A stretch of 64,000 nt of DNA from NCBI GenBank assembly GCA_965213625.1, contig CBDBZU010000004.1:3680001-3744000 (forward strand), in the 5' to 3' direction. Origin of the DNA: a bacterium (GTDB lineage Bacteria; UBA8248). Position 1 is the first letter of the stretch, and each line of letters opens with the position of its first letter. The notes below the pieces were generated by a model. That model had not been told where the DNA came from, did not search any database, and worked only from the letters and a program-made list of their open reading frames with translations. Positions 1 through 9,763 of this stretch are shown here, in pieces. A program made the translations under genes and the position numbers.

Positions 1-18
1 GGGGAGGCGCTAACCAAC

Positions 19-46
19 AAAAAAGGCTCCCCACGCGGGGGAGCCT
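19..46 (-). terminator. Intrinsic terminator of the sdh operon
   Basis: AGGCTCCCC-loop-GGGGAGCCT hairpin next to an A6 run (U-tract on the minus strand), just past the sdhB stop. Confidence 0.75.
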
Positions 47-70
47 CTTGAGAACCGTATTGGTTGCGGC

Positions 71-816
71 CTAGTCGCCCCTCACGGTCGCGCGGATGAA
101 CTCGCGGTTCATCTTGGCGATGTGGCTGATGCTGATGTCCTTGGGGCACATGGCCTCGCACTCGGCGTGGTTGGTGCAGTTGCCGAAACCCTCTTCATCC
201 ATCCGGGCGACCATGTCGAGCACCCTCTGGCCGCGCTCGGGGACTCCTTGGGGCAGGTGCGCCAAGTGGGAGACTTTCGCCGCCACGAAGAGCATCGCCG
301 AGCCGTTCGGGCACGACGCCGCGCAGGCGCCGCAGCCGATGCAGGCGGCCGCGTCCATGGCGGCGTCCGCGTCGGGCTTGGGGATGGGGACAGCGTTGCC
401 GTCCGGCGCGCCGCCCGTATTCGCGGAGATGAAGCCCCCCGCCTGGATGATGCGGTCGAACGATGTGCGGTCGACCACCAGATCCCTGATGACCGGGAAG
501 GCGCTCGCGCGCCAGGGCTCGATGGTGATGGTGTCGCCGTCGTTGAATTTCCTCATGTGAAGCTGGCAGGTGGTCGTTCCGTCGAAACCCCCGTGCGCCC
601 TTCCGTTGATGACCAGCGAGCACATGCCGCAGATTCCCTCGCGGCAATCGTGGTCGAAAGCAATGGGCTCCTTGCCCTCCTCGATGAGACGCTCGTTCGT
701 CACGTCGAGCATTTCCAGGAAAGACATATCCGGGATGATGCCGCTCACCTGATAGGATTCGAGCCTGCCCGTCGACTGCCCGTCTTTTTGCCGCCATACC
801 CTGAGGGTGAGGTCCA

Positions 817-817
<1 letters not shown>
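71..817 (-). CDS. sdhB: Succinate dehydrogenase/fumarate reductase iron-sulfur subunit
   Basis: [19 protein letters not shown] and [12 protein letters not shown] Fe-S motifs; follows sdhA. Confidence 0.95.
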
Positions 818-2742
<1,925 letters not shown>

Positions 2743-2766
2743 ACCCTTCTCCTCACCAAGGGAGAA

Positions 2767-3444
2767 CTATTTCAACACACCCGCCAATACGGCCAGCGGT
2801 ATCGACATGAAGCCCAGGGCGACGAGCACGCCGCTCCAGGGACCCAGCCGTTTGATAATCGGGTTGTAAGAGGGATTGTTTATCCCAAGCGACTGGAACA
2901 GACTCGTTACGCCGTGGCTCAGATGAAGCCCCAGGAGAATCATCGAAACCAGATACACGCCCGACACCGCGGTGTTCCTGAATCCGATAATCACCATCCT
3001 GTAGACGTCGTGGCGGCCCTGCGCGTCGTGCAACTGGGCGAATTCGGGGTTCGTGGCGAAGAGCGTGAAATGAAGCAGATGATAGGCGGCGAAGGCCAGA
3101 ACCAGAGCGCCCGTCAACACGATGGAGCGGCCCGCATAGGTGACCACAGTGGAATCGGAGACGGCGTAGGCCTCCGGCCGGGCCGCATTGTTCAGACGCC
3201 AAAGGCGCAGGGCCGAGCCGATGTGCACCAGGAACACGACCAGCAGGCCGATTCGCGCCACCCACAGCATAGCGCCCAGGTCCTTCAAGCCCTTGGCGTA
3301 GGCGTTCGTCGCCTCGGGACCTGCGAACATCAGCAGGTTGCCGAGCAGGTGACCGATGATGAACAAGACCAAAAGAATACCGGTGACGGCCATGGCGACC
3401 TTGGCGCCGATGGATGATTGCAGGACTTTCGCAAACCGGCCCAT
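2767..3444 (-). CDS. sdhC: Succinate dehydrogenase cytochrome b subunit
   Basis: Five hydrophobic segments with haem His (GHLLGNL, HLSHG); start chosen at MGRFAK after GGGGAG. Confidence 0.9.
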   Translation of the reverse strand: MGRFAKVLQSSIGAKVAMAVTGILLVLFIIGHLLGNLLMFAGPEATNAYAKGLKDLGAMLWVARIGLLVVFLVHIGSALRLWRLNNAARPEAYAVSDSTVVTYAGRSIVLTGALVLAFAAYHLLHFTLFATNPEFAQLHDAQGRHDVYRMVIIGFRNTAVSGVYLVSMILLGLHLSHGVTSLFQSLGINNPSYNPIIKRLGPWSGVLVALGFMSIPLAVLAGVLK

Positions 3445-3668
3445 CAAATTGCTCCCCCAAAAGCAAAAAATCTCGAATTCGAGAGGGTTGATTCGTCTAA
3501 TCGGGTGGCAATGTATAGATTCATGCACGCATGGTCAACCGCATTTCGAAAAATCCTCTGTTTTGGATCGGCGCCCTTTTCACCCCGTGGATTATCATCA
3601 ATTTTTACGATATTTTAGTTCGATATCGCCTGATTTTCCGACGACCGACTTCGAGAAGGAATGCCCAG

Positions 3669-4715
3669 ATGCTAAACGGCGACGTATTCGTTTTCGACAA
3701 CGTGGTTCACATGTACGACCTGTCGGATGAGAACCTCGCGCGTCCGGACAGCGGGCTCGATCGCCTCTGGCACCTGCGGATCGGCAAGGGAAGGCGCCCC
3801 GCGGGCCAGGAAGACATTTACGCGGGTGGAGACCCAATCGGCGGGTTCGCCAAGAAATGGACTTCGCGTGAGCTCGGCAAGCTCGTCTTTGAGGATTCTC
3901 AGACCGACATGGCCATGGCGCAGGCGGTCGTGCTCTACGACGTCTACAAGGAGGGCTTCTCCCCCGTTCAGGCGCAATACGAATTCGCAAAGGCGCATCC
4001 GGAGCGCGTCCTGTTCTGCGGCGGTGTGGACCCCAAGTACCCGAGCGTTCAGGGCGCGCTCGAGGAACTGGAGCGCCAGGTGACAGAGATGGACGCGCGC
4101 TCGATGAAATTCTACAACGCCCACATCGACGGGAATTCCTGGCGATGCGACGACCCCGAACTCGCCTATCCGATATACGAAAAAGGACGCGAACTGGGGA
4201 TCAACGTATTCCAGTACCATAAGGGCTTTCCCATCACCCGCGCGCGACTCGAAGACCTGACGCCGCTCGACATCCAACAGGCGGCCATGGATTTCCCCGA
4301 CCTCACCTTCGCCATCCACCACCTCGCGCTGCCCTACTTCGAGGAATGCGTCTACATCGCGGCGCGCTTCGAGAACGTCGTGCTCGTCCTCTCGGGCACG
4401 ATGCACCTGCCCCTCGTCGCGCCCTGGCAGTTCAAGGAGTACATGGGCAGGCTCTTGCGCGACGTGGGTTCGGAGCGAGTCCTCTGGGGTTCGGAAGCGC
4501 CGCTGCTGGGCAACCCCCAGCCCATGATCGAGTGGTTCTGGGAGATGGAGATTGACGAGGAATTACAGGATCGATACGGCTACCCCCCCATCACGGAACA
4601 GGACAAGCGCAACATACTGGGCGAGAACCAGGCGCGGCTCTTCGGAATCGACGTGGAAGCGAAGAAGAAAAAACTCGGTTGGTCGCTTGAGCACGAAGCG
4701 AGTCGGGGTTGTTGA
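3669..4715 (+). CDS. Amidohydrolase family (amidohydrolase_2-like) protein
   Basis: DNVVH, YHKG, IHHL and LWGSE motifs; AGAAGG RBS before ATG 3669. Confidence 0.85.
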   Translation: MLNGDVFVFDNVVHMYDLSDENLARPDSGLDRLWHLRIGKGRRPAGQEDIYAGGDPIGGFAKKWTSRELGKLVFEDSQTDMAMAQAVVLYDVYKEGFSPVQAQYEFAKAHPERVLFCGGVDPKYPSVQGALEELERQVTEMDARSMKFYNAHIDGNSWRCDDPELAYPIYEKGRELGINVFQYHKGFPITRARLEDLTPLDIQQAAMDFPDLTFAIHHLALPYFEECVYIAARFENVVLVLSGTMHLPLVAPWQFKEYMGRLLRDVGSERVLWGSEAPLLGNPQPMIEWFWEMEIDEELQDRYGYPPITEQDKRNILGENQARLFGIDVEAKKKKLGWSLEHEASRGC

Positions 4716-4770
4716 AAAAGCCAACATGATCGCGTTTGACGCAAAGAGTGTGGCGAATGGAGTTGATTTT

Positions 4771-4850
4771 GTAGGGGTCGCATATATGCGACCCGGTCAG
4801 TTTGCGGCATGTGGGCCGCATAATATGTCAGACATATATGTCTGACCTAC
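4771..4850. repeat. GTAG-type REP doublet
   Basis: GTAGGGGTCGCATATATGCGACCC ... GTCAGACATATATGTCTGACCTAC. Confidence 0.7.
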
Positions 4851-4951
4851 ACACCCTCCGGCAAAGCCGTATCCCGTCGCCGTTATACCGGCATTGCAGG
4901 GTTTTTCAACAACCCCTTCACAGGGGGGTAAAGACGATGTCCCCCCGACGA

Positions 4952-6471
4952 GGGTCTGTTGAAAAACCCGGTGTTGGAAGCGGGCGTTTTGGCGGCTCAC
5001 GCGGCGGCGGGGAGGCAGCCCAATTGGCGCGTGAGGGCGCCATGTGCGCGCAGCCGGCGTCTCCGGGCGGCACAGGCCGTCCAGAGGGCGAATATACGCG
5101 CCGCAAAAGCGGCGGCCAGCCGCTTGAGGTTCACCGCTATCGCCGTCAGGTAGGACTGGATCCGCATGTTCGCAAGGCCCCGGCGCACCGCCCGCCCCAG
5201 TCCGTGCCGGCTCTTCGCCTCGCCGTGGTAGCCCTCCGAGCGCCAACGGTGGCGGCCATAGAGACGCTTCTCCTCCTCCCCCCAGCGCGCATGCCGCCGA
5301 CGCGCGCGCAACAGCGCCGGATACGCGTTGGGAATCAACACCGCCTTGCTCGTTTGCGACTTCGACAGACAATCGGACCTGAGCGCGCAGCCCGCGCAAT
5401 CCCGCGTCTTCGATACATAGGAGCGCCCCCGCTCCGTCGCCTGCCGGGGGCGCAGCGTCTTGCCTCCCGGACACTTCACCACCTCGTTGCGCGCGTCGTA
5501 GTGGAACAACTGCAGCGGAACACGGCTCTGGCTGGGTTCCTTCTTCGCTGGTATCAGCGCTTCCACGCCCCGCCGCTCCAATTCGCCATAAACCTTCGAG
5601 TACGCGTAGCCCGAATCCGCCGTCACCATCTCCGGCGCGCGGCCCGACAACTCGCTTACCGCCTCTATATGGGACGCCATCATCTCACGCTCGTTCCGCG
5701 TCCCCTCCGTCACCGACACGTCGAGAACAACACCCCGCTCATCGTCCACCGCCGCGTGCTGCTTGTAGCTCGGCTCGAACCCCGCCCGCGCGCTCTTGCG
5801 CGCAAGCCGCGCGTCCGGGTCCGTCCGGCTCACCGGACCCCCGCCACCGCGGCCTCCTCCCTTCTTCCCGACCTCATCATCGACGGGATTCTCCTGAATC
5901 ACCTTCTCCGCGTGGTGCGCCGCCAGGCTCTCCCAGCTCACGTCCGCGCGTATCAACGAGGCGTCCACGTGCACCACTTCCCCCTTCGCCACATTCGCCT
6001 CCAGGCAAGCCTGCACCGTGCGACGGAATATCTCCTTGAACCGTGCCTCCCCCCAGCGCTGACGTATCCGCGTCAGGCTCGAATGATGCGGCAACTCCTC
6101 GTGCAGCCCGTACCCGATGAACCACCGGATCGCCAGGTGCGCACGCGCCTCGCGAAGCAGGCGACGGTCGTGAACGTAGCCCAGCAACATACCCGCCAGC
6201 ATCAAGCGGAGCGCCACCTCCGGGTCGATCCCCGGTCGACCGTTATCCGCGCAATAGCAATCCGCCACCTCCTCCCGTAGCCAGCTCAAATCCAGTACGC
6301 GGTCCACGCGCATCAGGACGTGATCCTCGGGGATCAACCGTTCCAGCGAACCGGCCACGAACAAATCCATCTGCTCGCGCCCCTTGCTGCCTATCATCGA
6401 GGGAACTCCCATCTCGGGCGAGATAGTGTCATTACACCCAATCACAATGCCGGGGGTTTTTCAACAGCCCC
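4952..6471 (-). mobile_element. IS1182-family insertion sequence, copy 1 (1520 bp)
   Basis: Terminal IRs GGGTCTGTTGAAAAACCC / GGGTTTTTCAACAGCCCC; GACGA duplicated on both sides; second copy at 58875-60394. Confidence 0.9.
4997..6397 (-). CDS. IS1182-family DDE transposase
   Basis: IPEDH..GRPGIDPE..RWF..PHHSSLTRIR N-terminal signature, VDAS, ADSGY, CxxCxLRxxC, R..SE; start MIGSK. Confidence 0.92.
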   Translation of the reverse strand: MIGSKGREQMDLFVAGSLERLIPEDHVLMRVDRVLDLSWLREEVADCYCADNGRPGIDPEVALRLMLAGMLLGYVHDRRLLREARAHLAIRWFIGYGLHEELPHHSSLTRIRQRWGEARFKEIFRRTVQACLEANVAKGEVVHVDASLIRADVSWESLAAHHAEKVIQENPVDDEVGKKGGGRGGGGPVSRTDPDARLARKSARAGFEPSYKQHAAVDDERGVVLDVSVTEGTRNEREMMASHIEAVSELSGRAPEMVTADSGYAYSKVYGELERRGVEALIPAKKEPSQSRVPLQLFHYDARNEVVKCPGGKTLRPRQATERGRSYVSKTRDCAGCALRSDCLSKSQTSKAVLIPNAYPALLRARRRHARWGEEEKRLYGRHRWRSEGYHGEAKSRHGLGRAVRRGLANMRIQSYLTAIAVNLKRLAAAFAARIFALWTACAARRRRLRAHGALTRQLGCLPAAA

Positions 6472-6500
6472 GACGAGGGGGTGTTTGACGCGATCGGGAT

Positions 6501-6560
6501 GTAGGGACAACCCTCCGTGGTTGTCCTACGTCAGGACAGGCGCAGGGGCCTGTCCGCTAC
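6501..6560. repeat. GTAG-type REP doublet
   Basis: GTAGGGACAACCCTCCGTGGTTGTCCT ... AGGACAGGCGCAGGGGCCTGTCCGCTAC; related copies at 47943 and 53614. Confidence 0.7.
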
Positions 6561-6751
6561 GGTGAACAATTCGATGATCGGGATTCCCTCCCCCATCGGA
6601 AGGGCTTTTTCAACAACCCCGCGTCGGGCGGCGCGGCGGTCGATTTCACGGGGTTTCGGATTGACCCTCGCCGTTTTCTGAGCGAGGATGAGCCGGACGA
6701 CAAACAACTATTTCAGACAAATCCAAAAGAATAAGGAATGGAGGGTTTTCC

Positions 6752-7882
6752 ATGCAGCCACCCTATGACGGTGAAAAATTAGACCGCCTCATGCAGGACG
6801 CAGGCGTCGACCTCGTTCTGGCCAATACGCGGGAAAACGTGCGTTATCTGTGCGGGGGCTACTACTTTCACTTCCACGAGAGGTTCACGGCCATCGGACG
6901 CGGCCAGTACATGGCGCTGGCGGGCATCCCGCGCGGCGACTCCGAAAAATCGTTCCTGATCGGCGGGGGCGGCGAACTCGGACAGGCGCAGGACCAGAAC
7001 CTCTGGATACCAGAACTCATCCCTTCGGGGAGATATCCGGCGGAAGCCGCGGCGAACGCCGCACAAGCCATCTCCGAGCGCGGACTGGGGAACGGCACTA
7101 TCGCCGTGGAGGGCAACTTCCTGCCCGCCCTCGCAAAGGATGCGCTCCTGAGCGAACTGCCGAACGCGACGTTCGTGGAAGCGCTGCCGATTCTGGAAGA
7201 GCTTCGCGCCATCAAGACGCCAGAGGAGATCGAAATCTACCGGCGCATCTCCCAGTCGGACGCGGAAGCCATTCGCGACGCGTTCGAGACGGCCGCGCCC
7301 GGCGCCACGACGCGCGACGTCGCCCACGCCGTCGAGCGGGGCATGACGGACAGGGGGCTGCACTTCCTGTGGGTCTTCGCCTGCGCGGGTCCGGGCATGC
7401 TGCGCGCCCCGTCCGAAAAGGTATGGGAAAAGGGAGAGATCCTGCATTTGGACGCGGGCGGCTCCCAATCCGACTACCTGACCGACATCTGCCGGATGGG
7501 CGTTCGCGGCGAACCAACGCCCTTGGCCGATGAACTCTACAAGGCATGCCTGGGGACGCAGGATCACGTGCGCGCGGAGATTCGTCCCGGCGCGGTGTGC
7601 GGCGACATCTACGAGAAAGGCACGACATATCTCAAGAACACCGACCACGGCGAGCACGGCAACTTCATCATCCACGGCATCGGCATGGTCTCCCACGAGC
7701 AGCCCTATTTCGGCCCCGGCGTGGAGAGAACACTCGAAGAGGGCATGGTGGTGTCGATAGAGACCGACATCCGCCATCCCGAGGTGGGCTACGTGAAGGT
7801 GGAAGACGCCGTGGCGGTGACGGCGGACGGCTACGAGCCCCTGGGCGACCTGGGACGTGAGGACTGGGTGGTCGTCGACTGA
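6752..7882 (+). CDS. M24 (Xaa-Pro peptidase/creatinase-like) family protein, paralog 1
   Basis: LRAIKTPEEI, LDAGG, DICR, HGIG, IETD and VED pita-bread fold motifs. Confidence 0.88.
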   Translation: MQPPYDGEKLDRLMQDAGVDLVLANTRENVRYLCGGYYFHFHERFTAIGRGQYMALAGIPRGDSEKSFLIGGGGELGQAQDQNLWIPELIPSGRYPAEAAANAAQAISERGLGNGTIAVEGNFLPALAKDALLSELPNATFVEALPILEELRAIKTPEEIEIYRRISQSDAEAIRDAFETAAPGATTRDVAHAVERGMTDRGLHFLWVFACAGPGMLRAPSEKVWEKGEILHLDAGGSQSDYLTDICRMGVRGEPTPLADELYKACLGTQDHVRAEIRPGAVCGDIYEKGTTYLKNTDHGEHGNFIIHGIGMVSHEQPYFGPGVERTLEEGMVVSIETDIRHPEVGYVKVEDAVAVTADGYEPLGDLGREDWVVVD

Positions 7883-9018
7883 TGGAACCATTGTACGACG
7901 AGCAAAAACTCGCCCGCCTGATGGAAGAGGCGGGCGTCGACCTCATACTCGCGCACACGCCCCACAACCTGCGCTACCTGACGGGCGGCTATTACTTCCA
8001 TTTCCGCGAGCGGGTGGCCGCCATCGGGCCGAGCCAGTACCTCCCCTTCGTGGGGATTCCGCGGAAAAACTCCGAAGATGCCTTTCAGGTGGCCTGGCGC
8101 GTCGAGGCCTCACCGAGAAACGAGGTGGACACCTGGATACCCGAGGTCATCTACACGAAGGCGCGGGGAACCGTCGGCGCTGCGGAAACGGCCGCCGAGG
8201 CCATCAGGAAGCGGGGTCTCGATGAAGGAACCATCGCCGTCGAGCGCGCCTTCATGCCCGTGGATGCGATGGAAGCGCTTGCAAACGAGCTACACGGCGC
8301 GCGGTTCGTCGATTCCCTCGCCGTTCTGGAAGAGCTTCGGGCCGTCAAGAGAGAAGACGAACTGGAGATATTCCGGCGCGCGGCGCTTGCGGATTCAGAA
8401 GCCATCCAGGCCGGCTTCCAGGAGGGCGTGCGCGACGTCACGACCCGGCAGGTGGAACAAAGGGTGGAAGAAGAAATGGTGCGGCGCGGGCTTCATTTCC
8501 ACTACGCCTTCACGGCAGCGGGACCGGGCATGAGGCGCGAGCCGTCCGAAAAAATCTGGGAGAAAGGAGAAATCCTCCACATCGACGCGGGCGGATCGGA
8601 GGCGGGCTATATGTCCGACATCTGCAGGATGGGGGTGCGGGGCGAACCGTCCGCCCTGGCCGAGGAGTTGAGACAAGCATGTCTCCACTCGGTAGACGCC
8701 TGCCGGGACGCCATCCGCGCCGGAGCGAGTTGCGCCGCCGTTCATGAACGGGGACACAAGGCGTTCGCGGATACCGGCTTTTCCGATATGGGGATTTTCG
8801 AGGTACACGGAATCGGCATGGTGCAGCAGGAGTTACCGCGATTCGGCCCCGAGGTGGAGCGCGCGCTCGAGGCGGGCATGGTGGTATCTGTTGAGTGCGA
8901 CATCCGTCACGAGGAAATCGGCCACGTGAAAATCGAGGACGCCGTCGCCGTCACCGAAGACGGCTGCGAGGGTTTAGGGGATCTGGGCAGGGACGAGTGG
9001 GCCTGCATCGACTCATAA
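7882..9018 (+). CDS. M24 family protein, paralog 2
   Basis: LRAVKREDEL, IDAGG, DICR, HGIG, IED; colinear with paralog 1; TGATG overlap. Confidence 0.88.
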   Translation: MEPLYDEQKLARLMEEAGVDLILAHTPHNLRYLTGGYYFHFRERVAAIGPSQYLPFVGIPRKNSEDAFQVAWRVEASPRNEVDTWIPEVIYTKARGTVGAAETAAEAIRKRGLDEGTIAVERAFMPVDAMEALANELHGARFVDSLAVLEELRAVKREDELEIFRRAALADSEAIQAGFQEGVRDVTTRQVEQRVEEEMVRRGLHFHYAFTAAGPGMRREPSEKIWEKGEILHIDAGGSEAGYMSDICRMGVRGEPSALAEELRQACLHSVDACRDAIRAGASCAAVHERGHKAFADTGFSDMGIFEVHGIGMVQQELPRFGPEVERALEAGMVVSVECDIRHEEIGHVKIEDAVAVTEDGCEGLGDLGRDEWACIDS

Positions 9019-9074
9019 GAATTGATTCATAAAACCTGAGGAGAACTTTCATGCCGAGACCATCAGGAGGCTTC

Positions 9075-9635
9075 ATGCGGCTTCAGCACGCCGCCATAAA
9101 AGTACACGACATCGAGGCGGCCAAGGATTTTTACGTGAACACGCTGGGCTTCACCATCTCCGAGATATATGAGCCGGGCACGGTGGGCGATTTTCCCTTC
9201 GGGCTTTGCTTCATGCGGTGCACGGAGCTTCACCACGACATGAACCTCATATTCTGGCCCGAGGGTGAAGGCCCCGCCCCGCCCGAAGGGCGCTCTTTCG
9301 ACACCTTGCAGACGGGCCTGCACCATATCGCGTTTCAGGTGGAAGACCGCACGCAGTTGGACAACTGGGCCTCATATCTCGAAGAAAAAAATATAGAAAT
9401 TTTCTGGGGGCCGTCCATCCACAGCCCCACGCATCCCGAGGGGGACGGCTTCTGGGGCGAGAACCACGCGCTCTACATTGCTGACCCATCGGGCAACTGC
9501 ATCGAGATTTTCTGCGATCTGGCCGTCATGGACCCTTATACGAACCGGGTGAACGAAGAATGGTTCCGGGATCGCCTATCGCGCGACGGCCATCCGCGCG
9601 ACGCGGCGGACCCGCCGGAGGCCTGGAAACCCTGA
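9075..9635 (+). CDS. VOC family protein (extradiol dioxygenase/glyoxalase-like)
   Basis: LQHAAI, HHD, LHHIAF, DPSGNCIE; AGGAGG before ATG 9075 (alternative start 9051). Confidence 0.85.
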   Translation: MRLQHAAIKVHDIEAAKDFYVNTLGFTISEIYEPGTVGDFPFGLCFMRCTELHHDMNLIFWPEGEGPAPPEGRSFDTLQTGLHHIAFQVEDRTQLDNWASYLEEKNIEIFWGPSIHSPTHPEGDGFWGENHALYIADPSGNCIEIFCDLAVMDPYTNRVNEEWFRDRLSRDGHPRDAADPPEAWKP

Positions 9636-9670
9636 GTTCGGGGGCAATGGCGTAAAACCAAAGTAAAACA

Positions 9671-9699
9671 TTGCAGGTAAGTATCCTAATTTATATAAT
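9671..9699 (+). promoter_or_regulatory. Putative sigma70 promoter of the autotransporter gene
   Basis: TTGCAG-17 bp-TATAAT. Confidence 0.55.
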
Positions 9700-9763
9700 C
9701 AGTAAATAAAGGTTTCTTGTTTCGCCAGACTCATAGGGATCGAGTTCCCATAATACGAGGTTA

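Larger units (their letters stand above)
4705..6620. mobile_element. Composite non-autonomous element with IS1182-like ends, containing REPs and a full IS1182
   Basis: Left end GGGGTTGTTGAAAAA at 4705; right-end copies TTTTTCAACAACCCC ending at 4916 and 6620; outer flanks GAGTC/GCGTC (imperfect 5-bp duplication). Confidence 0.55.

Noticed and set aside
4552-4845. ORF with AFDAKSVANGVDFVGVAYMRP, echoed at 63085-63588
   Set aside because: The similarity comes from a non-coding repeat translated in silico
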